Source: a virus. Taken from it: a stretch of 64,000 nt of DNA. The stretch lies in the IMG/VR virus record IMGVR_UViG_3300002026_000003; one strand, 5' to 3'. Both the position numbers and the translations under genes were made by a program. This document shows positions 18,101-28,752 of the stretch, in pieces (positions within the stretch are counted from its first letter, which is position 1; every line of letters begins with the position of its first letter). A model generated the notes under the pieces. That model had not been told where the DNA came from. It did not search any database and saw nothing but the letters and a program-made list of their open reading frames with translations.

Positions 18101-20146
18101 AATACTAGCCAGAAAGCGCTATCTAGTCTGGAACTAGCTAGGACACAGCGTATAAACAACCTGAAGGCTGCGGTACCAGACCCTAATGCTGATAATATAA
18201 AAATAGCAGAGCAGGCCATAACTGCGGAGTTTAATGCGCAGGCGGCGGCTATACGGGCTAAGCTTCAGGCTCAACTAGCTATAAAGTCTAATACGGAACG
18301 TGAGCTAGCTTCCGCAAAATCTCTTGCAGCAGCATACGATAGGGGAGGCACCGCTGTAGCAAAGGCGAAGCAGCAAAGCGCCGCGCTAATGTCTTCTTTC
18401 CTGTCGGATACCGCCACTGTTACCTTCGTTAATAAGCAACTTGAGGCACAGAAGCGGATAGTGGACGGAGCTACATTCCACGCTAAACAGGTAAAGGACG
18501 CGTACGAAGCTGCCACCAAGGAAGTAGCTAAGTCTGTAGAGCAAGTAGCCACTGACATGCAGAGCCTTGTGTCGTACTTTGCTGGACGTAAGCTAACGCT
18601 AAAGCTTGCTGCGTTTGATTCAAACTATGAGCAGGCTAACAAGTTCTTTAACGATATACAGCAAGACCAGCTAGCCGCTGAGAAGAAGCGTCTTGAGACT
18701 CTTGGCCTATCGTCTCAGGAACTTAAGGATCAGACTCGTGCCCTTGAGCAGATGTACGAATGGGCTACAAAGATGCGTCAGTCTGCCCAAGATGAGCAAA
18801 GACAGACTCTAATCCTTAACGATATCCGGGCGCAGATAAATAGCAGCTACAGGGATTCAGTTACTGCACAAGAGAAAGCTACTCAGTTAGCTAAGGAAGC
18901 TAAGGCAGCGGCAACGGCTGGCAATAAAGACCAAGCTATAAGCCTAGGTGAACAGGCTGCTATCGAAGCAGAGAAAGCTAAGGGCGCTACGGAAGAGCTT
19001 ACTGCTAAGGTAAAAGAGTTTAAGGCTGAGGCAGCTAAGCCTGTGAATATACTTGGTGGGGCCAAGTTCTTAGTGGCAGATCAAGAGATTACAGACCTTA
19101 CACAGAAAGCAGCGGAAGCTAGGGTAACTGCGGCTAAAGCAGTATCAAATGCACTAGAGCAAGCATACCAATCAGCTTCTGATGGCCTACAGCGTGAAAA
19201 TGCAGTTATGGCCGCTATGAATACTAAGGTAGAGCAGGCGCAGCAACGTATAGCCTCAGTAATTCAACTAGTGCCAGAGTTGGCTAGGGTACAGGGCTTA
19301 GTAGGCGAGGCTTTACTTAAGCAAGTATCGGGTATCGATGCGGTGTCTTCCAGTTTGCAATCGATTGCAACTCAGGATTTCCGTGGTCTGACAGAGTTCG
19401 GTCAAGTATCTGCGCAGGCTCCAGCGTTCAAGGAGATAGAGCAGTCTATACACAATATGGCGCAAGGTGCGGCTGGTAACTTGGCAGAGATAGCTACTAA
19501 GGCTAAGGAGCTACCGGCAGCACTTAGGGAGATGTATCAAATAACCACAGATCAGCTAGCTAAGGCTGACGCAGCGGCAGCGGCTGATGCGATGCGTAAG
19601 TCAGTGGCAAGCGCCGCTCCTATGACCGGTAAAGTGGAGTTTCCGGGGGCTAGGGACTCTCTTCAACAGTCGTTAGACAATGGCCCACCGCTTAAGGCCA
19701 AGGTTGAGGTCTCATCTACAGGAACTGCTAGCGCCAAGGGCTACGCCACAGGCGGTCATATACAAGGCCCCGGTACTGGCACTAGCGATTCGATATTGGC
19801 ATGGCTATCTAATGGTGAGTTTGTAAATGATGCAAAAACCACTAGCTTCTTTGGCCCAGCATTTTTCTCACTTTTGAAATCGATTGCACACGGCGGTAGA
19901 TCAGCCATGTCAAACTTAGTAGCCTCTTTTGGTGGAGGGCCTAGGATACCGGCGTTTGCTACTGGAGGATATGTAGGTATGGTATCGCAATTCGACCCAG
20001 CTACGGTATCCGGTTCTGGTAAGGAGTTGGACTCTGTTAGAGTAGACCTAGGCGTTGGTGACAGTAGGTATCAGTTAACCACTGAGCGAGATACAGCCAA
20101 GAGTCTAGTTAAAGCGTTGCATAACATAGGCAGGAGCGTACTATGA
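15128..20146 (+). CDS. tape measure protein (1672 aa)
   Basis: Largest ORF; Ala/Gln/Lys-rich coiled-coil character with hydrophobic segments; follows the G/GT pair. Carries motif copies 9 and 10. Confidence 0.85.
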   Translation: MADPATSLQITVEAKDQTTHVLKGIESSIIRFVGAVSATLASISVVLFPIKQAADFQKELLDVGKTTEFSTEKLDKLAEGLKQMSYRLNVSAVDLAKVAAAGGQLGLGKEGVEGLLLYTEATSRFSSVLNVSVEEAGTAIGKLSNLFGISIRDAERISSTINEISNNSTASGAELLDIIQRIGTAGGTLTLQQSAALAAYGKDLGLTSETVGTTLNKIFLDLQTKAAQVAPLVGLPVREFADLVKTDGVAAFKLYINALEKMDNITRSTLSEQITGGGRIAAFVTATLNDASTGFTLLDKELAKTNDGWRTGTSAINEQARVLSGLWAQVEIVKNVFLGIAETVGKQALPYLTKLAEQIQAFGKDPTVIAWFVDLGNSIGASIAGFLEFAKSLSSMSAVMGPVLQILRVWLGLKVLETLMGWGKSLYATAQATAAATTGWLNLITVNKQAILTMAEAAAQARKTNAEIAASGKTPDTKVSVLGQAATGLSALFKPYWDAQAESLKTEKLLNDRIAQRDTILKGITTRMQEIQSTTKALAQQAYDDAIAAGSSKKAANTIKRDVSVALKKEYDSLDVRGANLFNSYETSINRLGAAHQRAAASAVAMSGTIGGMLARIAAGARAAAVAVFAIGESFLAVASRILGVVFIVQFLLDILGLLDPVLKGLRYILGIRTEEEAAATRAAAARDKALVDERNRAKELAAEYDKVAVTWGKALPNDRSTGLAATAAKLEIITGKMADMAFSAGEFTAGIAYSASAVQTLTAQLEQAKRKYAELQKSRETTQAVGVVKETVLPALFSDISSDKANREIEKARQEVDKLATSLDLAKKAQQYYTTELSKVSGVNTTLAKQEQEVIAQLANAYDAEGYSMVKALQLVVTKRKELADAEKEEADARRASEATGASNDQITAYTIAASKVRTLKAEVDTLDAAYANMKGEASLAALAFTRSLGIDETTASIEKLNNVISIFGGISGTTIRGIEQRLADVTKEANTSQKALSSLELARTQRINNLKAAVPDPNADNIKIAEQAITAEFNAQAAAIRAKLQAQLAIKSNTERELASAKSLAAAYDRGGTAVAKAKQQSAALMSSFLSDTATVTFVNKQLEAQKRIVDGATFHAKQVKDAYEAATKEVAKSVEQVATDMQSLVSYFAGRKLTLKLAAFDSNYEQANKFFNDIQQDQLAAEKKRLETLGLSSQELKDQTRALEQMYEWATKMRQSAQDEQRQTLILNDIRAQINSSYRDSVTAQEKATQLAKEAKAAATAGNKDQAISLGEQAAIEAEKAKGATEELTAKVKEFKAEAAKPVNILGGAKFLVADQEITDLTQKAAEARVTAAKAVSNALEQAYQSASDGLQRENAVMAAMNTKVEQAQQRIASVIQLVPELARVQGLVGEALLKQVSGIDAVSSSLQSIATQDFRGLTEFGQVSAQAPAFKEIEQSIHNMAQGAAGNLAEIATKAKELPAALREMYQITTDQLAKADAAAAADAMRKSVASAAPMTGKVEFPGARDSLQQSLDNGPPLKAKVEVSSTGTASAKGYATGGHIQGPGTGTSDSILAWLSNGEFVNDAKTTSFFGPAFFSLLKSIAHGGRSAMSNLVASFGGGPRIPAFATGGYVGMVSQFDPATVSGSGKELDSVRVDLGVGDSRYQLTTERDTAKSLVKALHNIGRSVL
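19355..19370. repeat. motif copy 9
   Basis: TTGCAATCGATTGCAA (exact, perfect palindrome). Inside the tape measure (LQSIAT). Confidence 0.9.
19874..19889. repeat. motif copy 10
   Basis: TTGAAATCGATTGCAC (1 mismatch). Inside the tape measure (LKSIAH). Confidence 0.8.
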
Positions 20147-20526
20147 GTATCGTACTTGATGGGGTTGTGCTTAGTGGCTCTATGCAGTGGGCTGATCGCT
20201 ACGAGCATGCGCCGGTAGAGCAGTCGGTTAAGAGGACTCTAGGCGGCTCTTTGGTAGTGTTCCATGCACCTCTTATCGCGGGAAGGCCCATAACTCTAAT
20301 AGCTACGGAGGATACTGGCTGGCTCACTCTAGAGATGGTGGAGGCTTTGATGAGTAGAGCCTCCGCTCCGGGCGCTTCATATGTATTGACCATACATGAC
20401 TTCACGGCTACTGTTATGTTTAGACATGACGATCCGCCTGCTGTATCATTTGTGCCTCTAACACCTAAAGCGTTAGCGGAACAGACGGACTACTTCACTG
20501 GCACGGCTAAATTTTTTACCATATAA
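20143..20526 (+). CDS. minor tail protein (127 aa)
   Basis: ATGA overlap with the tape measure stop; assigned by position. Confidence 0.5.
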   Translation: MSIVLDGVVLSGSMQWADRYEHAPVEQSVKRTLGGSLVVFHAPLIAGRPITLIATEDTGWLTLEMVEALMSRASAPGASYVLTIHDFTATVMFRHDDPPAVSFVPLTPKALAEQTDYFTGTAKFFTI

Positions 20527-20537
20527 GGAGTAACAAC

Positions 20538-21539
20538 ATGGCTATCACAGCTTCCGAACTAAAGCTATACAAAAGTCAGGGAGTTAGCGCGTCTCCTGCT
20601 GCTAACGGCGGTAGGATATCCGCCACTGAGATTATTAGCTCCGTTGCTAATAACCTATTCCCTGATGTACCGCAGGCCGAGCGTCTTGCCGGCTCCACTA
20701 CGTTACGTAAGTTCTTTTTCAAAAATGCCAATAACGCTAATCTGGCATTGTATAACTCAAAAGTTTTCATCGAGAACTACACCCCCGGTGACGATGCCGT
20801 GTATATGCTTGAGGGAACGCCTGCCGGAATGGAAAGCGAACTTACCGGCACCGAGAAGGTATATGGCGCTAGCAAGCTAGACGCTAGCGTATCTGTGGGC
20901 GCTACTGTTATTACTGTTTTGCTAGAGTCTGCGTCGGTGCAGTTCTTCAAAGCTGGAGACAGTATCCGTATATCCGATAAAGTATCTGTAGATGCGGCTG
21001 GTAATGAAGAGTTCCGCACAATCTCTGGCGCTCCGGGGTATGCTGGTAGTATTGCCACCATAACGCTTAACGCTCCCCTTACGTATGGTTTTGCTGCCGC
21101 AGCTACACGCGTAGCAAACATACTGGCTTTTGGCGATTTGGCCGGAACGGTATCTAACCTAGTAGCTACATCGGCAGGCGGCGGAACGTACGATAACACT
21201 GCACAACCTATTACGGTGCCTAACGTCGCGGGTGTGTACGAGGATTGGACAGTATCATTTACGTCTGCCACTACGTTTTCCGTAGTAGGGGCTAGAGAGG
21301 GGGCTGTCGGGTCAGGCTCCACGCTATCTGACTTCTCGCCTGTCAATCCAGCCACTAGTACTCCGTTCTTTACTATCAAGGCACTAGGCTTTACTGGCTC
21401 TTGGGCTACTGGCAACACGCTAGCTTTCAGAACTACGCCGGCTTCTATACCACTATGGGCTAAGCGTGTAATACCGCCTAATGCCGGGGCTATAACAGGC
21501 AACCGTGCTGTCTTTGGTATAACGGGCGAGACTGCGTAA
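20538..21539 (+). CDS. tail-tip structural protein (333 aa)
   Basis: AAGGAG upstream; ORF track; Ala/Gly/Thr-rich. Confidence 0.5.
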   Translation: MAITASELKLYKSQGVSASPAANGGRISATEIISSVANNLFPDVPQAERLAGSTTLRKFFFKNANNANLALYNSKVFIENYTPGDDAVYMLEGTPAGMESELTGTEKVYGASKLDASVSVGATVITVLLESASVQFFKAGDSIRISDKVSVDAAGNEEFRTISGAPGYAGSIATITLNAPLTYGFAAAATRVANILAFGDLAGTVSNLVATSAGGGTYDNTAQPITVPNVAGVYEDWTVSFTSATTFSVVGAREGAVGSGSTLSDFSPVNPATSTPFFTIKALGFTGSWATGNTLAFRTTPASIPLWAKRVIPPNAGAITGNRAVFGITGETA

Positions 21540-21541
21540 AC

Positions 21542-23077
21542 ATGGTCGATAAGTCTGTACTAACGGCGCAAACTTCAGTAGAGTTTACGCCTGCGGATGG
21601 GGGAGGTAGCGGTTACTCCCCCATCAAGCTAGTGATTGAGATGGATGATAGAAAACATCCAGACCAGACTATGCACGGTACTATGCGGATTCGCCTATAC
21701 CCTGCCGCACCGTATAAAGACCCTTACAATTTCATAGAGTACCTATCTGACGGTACTACGGTTATCCATCAGGCTTCTGGTATGGGCCTGCCACAAGTCG
21801 GCATAGTGGAAACTGTATTTGTGCACCCGTTTGAGCATTGTGGGTATTCGTTTAGGGTAACACAGGGAACGCTAACCAAAACTACAGAGATTCGCTATAG
21901 GTATGTAGAGGGTACGCTTGTGTTTACTGGAGGGCGCGAGTTTGACCTTCCATATCCTGTAGTAGCTGGCCCAGCACCCACCCTAGGATACGCTCCGAGT
22001 ATTGCTGACTCTATAGAGCTTATTAGGGTAGGGCAGTACTTTAACGGCAACGGAGACGATATAACAGCTAGCTTAGTTTTACAGTTTGATGCAGATAAAC
22101 AAAAGCTATTAGCTAGTGACCATGTGTACGGAGAGGTTCACTATAGATTCAGAACTGAGTACGTAATTGCAGACTATGTTCCGTACCAGTATAGCGATAT
22201 GCTAGCCTACTACATACCGAATGACTCAGACTACGGCAGCTTGATAGGCTACCCACCTACTACTACGGTAGACGGTATGAAGAACGGTACTGTGGTATTC
22301 CAAGTACAGATGCCGCCGGCCATAGGGGCTGACTTTGAACTATACAGGGTAGAGTCGGTAGCTATAGTAAATGAGAAGGGTGTATGGGAAAAGCCTAAGG
22401 CTTGGCCTAACGATGGTGTGTATGGAGACATACCGGACAAGATACTAGACACTGCTAGCTCGTATCTTGAGACCTCTAGGGTACATGAAATAGCTACTGT
22501 GTCTATGGTTAATCGCCAGCGCAGTAACGAGTCTACTGCCTCTGTGAAGCTAGAAGCACTACCGACTAATTTTTCTTACGAAGAGAAGAAAAGCAATAAT
22601 GCTAAGGTAGCAGACAGCTACTTGAGGAACGTAAAGAATTTTCCTCTAACCACGATGCGTACTGTACGCTACATAGTACCTGTGGCTATGCCGTATGACG
22701 GCTACCCGCCAAAACAATACGAAGAGAAAGCTTGGATTAAGGCTTTAGTTACACTTCCTAACGGCGACGTAACTAAACAGGCACTATCGCATACCGTATG
22801 GACTAAGTATAAGATAAAGCTCGTAGTAAAAGCTGGCTCTATGCCAACCCCTGCACAGTCAACTCTTGAGCGTAATGCAAAGATAGACCCAGTTACCGGA
22901 ATGCCTGACACTACTTATGATTTTCAAGCCGCATATATAAATGCGGTATTCAGAAGAATGTGGGATGCTATAGATTGGGATACTATCAAAAAGCAGATAG
23001 TTAGCAGATATGATCCTGACGTATACGAAGTCACTTTTGACACTAGTATGCCTACGTCTAATGCCCCTACTTCCTAA
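21542..23077 (+). CDS. tail-tip structural protein (511 aa)
   Basis: ORF track; tightly packed in the tail module. Confidence 0.5.
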   Translation: MVDKSVLTAQTSVEFTPADGGGSGYSPIKLVIEMDDRKHPDQTMHGTMRIRLYPAAPYKDPYNFIEYLSDGTTVIHQASGMGLPQVGIVETVFVHPFEHCGYSFRVTQGTLTKTTEIRYRYVEGTLVFTGGREFDLPYPVVAGPAPTLGYAPSIADSIELIRVGQYFNGNGDDITASLVLQFDADKQKLLASDHVYGEVHYRFRTEYVIADYVPYQYSDMLAYYIPNDSDYGSLIGYPPTTTVDGMKNGTVVFQVQMPPAIGADFELYRVESVAIVNEKGVWEKPKAWPNDGVYGDIPDKILDTASSYLETSRVHEIATVSMVNRQRSNESTASVKLEALPTNFSYEEKKSNNAKVADSYLRNVKNFPLTTMRTVRYIVPVAMPYDGYPPKQYEEKAWIKALVTLPNGDVTKQALSHTVWTKYKIKLVVKAGSMPTPAQSTLERNAKIDPVTGMPDTTYDFQAAYINAVFRRMWDAIDWDTIKKQIVSRYDPDVYEVTFDTSMPTSNAPTS

Positions 23078-23079
23078 TT

Positions 23080-23095
23080 TTGAAATCAATTACAA
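23080..23095. repeat. motif copy 11 (degenerate)
   Basis: TTGAAATCAATTACAA (2 mismatches). Fills the 21-nt intergenic gap before ATG 23099. Confidence 0.6.
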
Positions 23096-23098
23096 ATA

Positions 23099-25204
23099 AT
23101 GCAAAATGCTCTTCTATTTGGCCTCCCTATGGAGAAGGTCAATAAGGCTACTTTAGGAAGTAAAGTATATTATTCAGCTAAGCTAGATGTGCAGATGTAC
23201 GGGGCTGCGTACCCAATAGTGTTTGACTACACTAACTCTACCTACATATCGTTAGAGTTCTACGATGACGATAAAGGGTTTAGGTACTCAAGAATGTATA
23301 TTACTGCATACGCCAAGTATCCAGTAATACCAAAAAAGCCTGTACCTTGGGTAAGTAAACCTAATGACGAAAACGGTACAGGTGGAGACGCGCTAGGCGT
23401 ACACACTAAAGTAGTTATTGGGGAGCCTACGGGTAGTGTAGTTAATCACCCATCTGTAGCCAACGTATTAGTTACCGTAGACGATCCTAACCCTACGTCA
23501 CTATCAGAAACGGGAGGTGATAACCTTACTCAGGCTATATACCTAGCTATACATCCTTGGCTTACCGTAGCTGAATATAATCTAATATCACCACCAGCCA
23601 GAGAGGGTATGGTGGCATTGTTTGGTGATATATCGGGCGGTAATAAAGTTCCGGCTAGGATGTACCGCTCTAGCACCGCGCAGTACCAGACGGTTGTATA
23701 TTCCGGCATATTTTATATGGGCGCTGCCGGTATGAATACCATACTTGAGTCTTCGCTAACCAATTACTTAGTGCCTAAGCGGTACCCTAACGATAGTGAT
23801 ATTCCGCAAGAGATTCCTCCTTTTTACTTCGTCGGTAGCCCAGTGGATGCTGCTAACTATAAGAGCATATGGATTGCTGGTAGGGCAGCGGCTACGGAGC
23901 GAGAGCGCGAGATTGCTTTACTTAACTCCGATAGGGTAGTAGCTGCTATGCAGGCCGGCATGTTGCCTATGGAAGTGGTTAATTCCATATACGACACTAA
24001 GCCATTCTTTTTCGAGGGCGAGCCGTCTAGAAAGCTAACTATAACGGTAAGCGAGCTATCTGTAGAAAATGATCCAGCGGTTACGGGTAATCCTAACCCT
24101 GCGCTTAATCACCCAGCTAGGCCTTATTTCTATACCAGACCCACCATAGTTAAATACATAACGCCGGGTACGTCCGGGTATAACTGGTCTACCGGAGCTA
24201 GGGAAAAGCTAAGTTCCGAGCTTGTAGTTATGGCGAAGATAAAACGTACAGTAACTATTGCTTTTTCTTACGTAGACGGGGTAAACGAAGACACTGGCGA
24301 GGATATAGTAGTCGATAGATCGTATAGCTATGAAGGCTATTTATCTATTGAGCAGTATTTTACTTATTCTGACCAGCGTAATGCGATGCGTACGTCTTAC
24401 CTCTTCGATAATTGGCCTGCCATTGACGAAGACGGCATGTTTCCGTACTTCGGGGATATGGCTTATATAGTCGACTTAATGTACGAACTCAATAGCGTAA
24501 CTGTAGTGCCTACCAACCTATTGTATATTCTGGACATGGCTAGTAAAGCCAAGGCTACGCTTACTGAGGAAAAGGCTATTGCCGATAATGCGCTAGAGGT
24601 AGCTAACGCTAGAGTGCCACAGAACCCATCTGAAATAGCTACGGCGCAAGCTGCCGCTACTCTAGCCCAGACTGCGCTAGATAAAGCCATAGATGTGCAC
24701 TCTACCGTAGTATCTAAACTCCCTGACGCACTAGACGTAGTGGCTAGGGATAAGCTGCTAGTTTCATATAAGTTTGAGCGGTCATTAAATAAAGTAGAGG
24801 ATGCAAGCTACGAGGGCTGCATACTTAATGGTCGCGCTGGTATGGACTACTCGCTAATGAGTGCCAGATTCGTAGATACAACTACGCCGCATACTACAGT
24901 GCAGTTAACGCTTGCTTTAGGTAAGTATCTTGACGTAGCTAGTAGAGACCTAGAGCTTAAGGCTAGGCTAGCCGTAGAGGCGGCTAAAGGTACAGATAAT
25001 GATAGGATAGCTGCCGCCAATGAGGCTAGGGACACGGCGGCTGCGCATAAGACAGACGTAGAGGTACTGATAGCTAAGGCTATAGAATCCCAGAACGCAA
25101 AGGGCGTAGTGAAAGCTACCTACTTACGCGCATCTAAGTTTCCTGCCATACGTGAGTTTTTAGATAGGGTACCGCTGGTGGAGAGGAGTCAGTATGATAT
25201 TTAG
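23099..25204 (+). CDS. tail-tip structural protein (701 aa)
   Basis: ORF track; C-terminal Ala-rich helical region. Confidence 0.5.
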   Translation: MQNALLFGLPMEKVNKATLGSKVYYSAKLDVQMYGAAYPIVFDYTNSTYISLEFYDDDKGFRYSRMYITAYAKYPVIPKKPVPWVSKPNDENGTGGDALGVHTKVVIGEPTGSVVNHPSVANVLVTVDDPNPTSLSETGGDNLTQAIYLAIHPWLTVAEYNLISPPAREGMVALFGDISGGNKVPARMYRSSTAQYQTVVYSGIFYMGAAGMNTILESSLTNYLVPKRYPNDSDIPQEIPPFYFVGSPVDAANYKSIWIAGRAAATEREREIALLNSDRVVAAMQAGMLPMEVVNSIYDTKPFFFEGEPSRKLTITVSELSVENDPAVTGNPNPALNHPARPYFYTRPTIVKYITPGTSGYNWSTGAREKLSSELVVMAKIKRTVTIAFSYVDGVNEDTGEDIVVDRSYSYEGYLSIEQYFTYSDQRNAMRTSYLFDNWPAIDEDGMFPYFGDMAYIVDLMYELNSVTVVPTNLLYILDMASKAKATLTEEKAIADNALEVANARVPQNPSEIATAQAAATLAQTALDKAIDVHSTVVSKLPDALDVVARDKLLVSYKFERSLNKVEDASYEGCILNGRAGMDYSLMSARFVDTTTPHTTVQLTLALGKYLDVASRDLELKARLAVEAAKGTDNDRIAAANEARDTAAAHKTDVEVLIAKAIESQNAKGVVKATYLRASKFPAIREFLDRVPLVERSQYDI

Positions 25205-28200
25205 TCTTAGTCCTAGGATATCAGCGCTTAGTAGCCTGTCTAGGGATGAGTTGTTGGGTATGCTAGCCTCTCTAGACGCAACTATAGCTAGACTACGCAA
25301 CTCCATCGTTGAGGATATCGATCTACCTGCCCTGAAAGCACAGGTGTACGAAACTTTATCTGAGATTACTGGGTACTCCACAGTAACTCTACATGGACTC
25401 TTGGATGGTGATACTTCTTACTCTATACAGCATGCCGTAATAGAGAGTAGGTACAGAAGTGTTCCGTCTATTTTTACTGGTACGTGGGCGGCAAACTTAT
25501 ATATGTTTGCTAACTTTTGCTACTATGCAGAGAAGCCTGAAGCTATAACCACACATATTAAAGATTTGCAGTATGCTTTTTTATCCATATACCTTAGTGG
25601 AGGGTACCCTAGTAGCCTGCTAAATAAAGCTATAGCTGCTAAAAGAGCGTATGAGCGGTACAAACTACAGGTTGGCCCTATCCGGTACGCCTATGTTAGC
25701 TATACGCAACGATCATATACGCTAGAGGGTATTTCGTTTGTAGCCTACAATAGCGGTTACGTTACATCGTACTACAAGGATGGTAGCTACTGGCATAGCA
25801 ATGAGTACTACTCGTATAGCGGAGCTAGAAGTAGCAAGACTATATATTGGTGGGTAAGGAATAGACGATATTTTGAATACAATACTGGCGCTCAAATAGT
25901 ATTCGGGCCATACAACCAGCTAATATACGAGCGTAAGGTAGCCAATGTGTATGACTTGCCTAGCGTATACGACGATTTTGTAGCGGTTTTAGATCAGGGT
26001 TGGCCTGCTTTACCAGCTACGTGTGTACAAGTAGCCATGCACACCGTATCTATAAAGATGTTTGCCTTATCTTGTGTAGGTGACTTTTTTAAGAAGGTAC
26101 TACCAATAAGTAGTGAGTACACTGGCTTAGACGAGGGCACTACTACAGTTACGCGCCAGTTAGTAAATAGGCTGAGCGGTATAGTAGGTAACGTTTACAA
26201 AAGGAAGGTAGGGGAGCAAATTGTATTTGATGTACCTACGGGTAAGTATAGACGGATACACCCAAACGGCACGGTTATATCGAAATACAGCAGGTTAGGA
26301 TATCGTAATATAGCACTCGTGCCTAATGTAGGCCCTACCGGCTACATGCCGTCTACGCCCGGAACACACTGGGAGCTAGACAAATATACCGATTTCAGGG
26401 ATGCCGTAGATTTTATGATTGCCTACCCTACGGTAGCTTATGTGAGCGGCTACTCAAATGTACTAGAGGTTATGGTTCTAAGCAATACCTTAGGTACAGT
26501 AAGCTGCAATGAACATCTTAATGTGCCTAGAGTAGGAACTCTACCTGACGAGAAGTGGTTTTACACTATCGATGCAGGCGTTACTTGGGTAGCTGGTGAC
26601 AGTACGCGACTTATACCTTTACCTTCTGGCAGTTACCCCGTTAAAAGTATCTGGGTGGCGCTAGACTCCTCGTACCTTGAGACTGGAGTAACCATAGGGT
26701 TTAGCCGATACTCCATTGCGTATAACGTTGGTATTGTCACTGCCGGTAATACTAGCATAACTACCCCTCCATCTCTGCCTTACCCACCGTCTACTGGCTA
26801 CACTTCGTTTAGGGATTGGCGGTACGACACGTTTAACGAAGACACTGGTATCTACGAGAGGCTTACTATAGATTCAGCCGGAAGGAATTATTACGACGGT
26901 CTTGAGGCTAGAGGCCTTTTGTGGATGGCTCGCAATACACTATTGCCGTATAAAGCATCTCTAGATAGGTCGATATTAGCCGTGCAGAACCAAGATACTA
27001 GTGTATCTTTCTACGCAGACCATGTGATATATGGAGGGGTGTCTAATGAGTTGCTTGTGGCTATGCAGAACTCAAGTCAGGCTATTGGTAGTCTGATAGC
27101 AGCATCTGATGCGCTAACTAATTCACCCGCATTCCTATCGGTATGGCAGGGGCTTATTGATATAGTAGATAAGTACCATGCGGATAACGTATTTGCAGAA
27201 CCGTCTACCTCAGGTATAACTAACGAAGAGATAATAGCTGCCCTATCTACGGTGGATAGGACGCATACTCACCTATCTGTACTAGCTACGGAGTTTGCTG
27301 CGCTTGACGCTACCACATACGCTCTTAATGTAGCTAGGAATATCGGCTCAGGCCCTTATATTGTAGGCCCACTGACTACCGGTAATTACCCTTACTGGGA
27401 TATACCTACATCCACTAGACTACTCGTTTTTTACGAGTTTCCGTACATATTTGCTAATATGTTTAGTAAATACCTTATGAATGTGCGGGATATACCGGCT
27501 AGGGGTACGATGTTGGAGTACGACTATCTTATAGCTATAGAGAACTTCTCTGCGCTGTATGCCGCCCCGCAGTATTACGAAACTGTGCGAGATATACTAG
27601 ACATTACGGAAGAAGCCAACCCTATAGAGGCTTTGGACGCGGCGCATAGGCAGCTTTTAACTTATGAGTGGATTAAGATCAGGAATACTCTTACCCTTGA
27701 TAGCCCAGAGTACATTATGCACAACGCGTTAGGTACTGTGTTGGAATGTAAGACCTACTCAGTATTGCCCACTAGTGGTCTATATAACCCAATTGACTAC
27801 GCGTTATACGGGCAGTTAGCACAAGGCGATATTGCCGTATGTACTGACTGTATAGCAGACACAGCCAAGGTTATAGCATCGGTAGAGGGGCTAAAGGCAG
27901 CTATGCTAGACCCAGAGCTATATCCAGTGCTACGACAGCATAGGCCGGGAACAGACGGGCTTAACAAGTACATAAACATATACGCTACCTTCGCCTCTAC
28001 CCTAGCCTCTGCTATTTTCTGTAACGATGCTGCTATGGAGGAGGCTGTAGCACACGGTAATATGGTACGTGCCTTGGTTGAGCGGTTTCCTCCAGAGGCC
28101 GTGGCTGCATGGAACCCTATGGGGGACATTGGTACTAAAAGTGGCGTACCTAGGTATCTTGAGTTTTTTAATATATCGTCCATGCTAGAGGCAGTGGCAG

Positions 28201-28751
28201 GTGCGACCTCCTTAGTTAAAGGTAGGCTGACTACGCTACTGGACGCGTATGCTTTATTAGGGATAGACCCATACACGCTACTTCATACTAGCCTACCTAC
28301 TGGCACCATAACTGTGTCTGAGGAGGGTGATGAGATTATGACAGGCATACCTACTATAGACCCAAGTAGCCCATACTACCCATTAGTATTATGGTATACC
28401 GTAGATTGTGTAGCGGTACTCGGAGTAAACTCGTACACAGCTAATGATCCTGACTGCTACTTTGCTTTCTCTAGGGCTGGCGATGCGTACCCTTGCCCTA
28501 CATGGTGGGGGTATAGGTGGGTTGGATTCGGCACACCGTACGTCTACCACTACGGGGATTCAGCTAACTACTTTTACTATATGCTGGTTAGGCCGTACGA
28601 GTACGGATACTTCAAGAAGAGCGCTGCCTACTGGACAGAAAGTGCTTGCTACTACACGTACTTCGTACCTCAGGCTATTGCCTCTGCCAAAGCTAAATTG
28701 CCTGAGCTACTTGCGTCTAGAGCTAGCTTAGCTACGTTTTTAGGGGTATAG
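25194..28751 (+). CDS. large tail-tip / central fibre-like structural protein (1185 aa)
   Basis: ORF track; AGGAG upstream. Second-largest ORF; Tyr-rich. Confidence 0.55.
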   Translation: MIFSLSPRISALSSLSRDELLGMLASLDATIARLRNSIVEDIDLPALKAQVYETLSEITGYSTVTLHGLLDGDTSYSIQHAVIESRYRSVPSIFTGTWAANLYMFANFCYYAEKPEAITTHIKDLQYAFLSIYLSGGYPSSLLNKAIAAKRAYERYKLQVGPIRYAYVSYTQRSYTLEGISFVAYNSGYVTSYYKDGSYWHSNEYYSYSGARSSKTIYWWVRNRRYFEYNTGAQIVFGPYNQLIYERKVANVYDLPSVYDDFVAVLDQGWPALPATCVQVAMHTVSIKMFALSCVGDFFKKVLPISSEYTGLDEGTTTVTRQLVNRLSGIVGNVYKRKVGEQIVFDVPTGKYRRIHPNGTVISKYSRLGYRNIALVPNVGPTGYMPSTPGTHWELDKYTDFRDAVDFMIAYPTVAYVSGYSNVLEVMVLSNTLGTVSCNEHLNVPRVGTLPDEKWFYTIDAGVTWVAGDSTRLIPLPSGSYPVKSIWVALDSSYLETGVTIGFSRYSIAYNVGIVTAGNTSITTPPSLPYPPSTGYTSFRDWRYDTFNEDTGIYERLTIDSAGRNYYDGLEARGLLWMARNTLLPYKASLDRSILAVQNQDTSVSFYADHVIYGGVSNELLVAMQNSSQAIGSLIAASDALTNSPAFLSVWQGLIDIVDKYHADNVFAEPSTSGITNEEIIAALSTVDRTHTHLSVLATEFAALDATTYALNVARNIGSGPYIVGPLTTGNYPYWDIPTSTRLLVFYEFPYIFANMFSKYLMNVRDIPARGTMLEYDYLIAIENFSALYAAPQYYETVRDILDITEEANPIEALDAAHRQLLTYEWIKIRNTLTLDSPEYIMHNALGTVLECKTYSVLPTSGLYNPIDYALYGQLAQGDIAVCTDCIADTAKVIASVEGLKAAMLDPELYPVLRQHRPGTDGLNKYINIYATFASTLASAIFCNDAAMEEAVAHGNMVRALVERFPPEAVAAWNPMGDIGTKSGVPRYLEFFNISSMLEAVAGATSLVKGRLTTLLDAYALLGIDPYTLLHTSLPTGTITVSEEGDEIMTGIPTIDPSSPYYPLVLWYTVDCVAVLGVNSYTANDPDCYFAFSRAGDAYPCPTWWGYRWVGFGTPYVYHYGDSANYFYYMLVRPYEYGYFKKSAAYWTESACYYTYFVPQAIASAKAKLPELLASRASLATFLGV

Positions 28752-28752
28752 A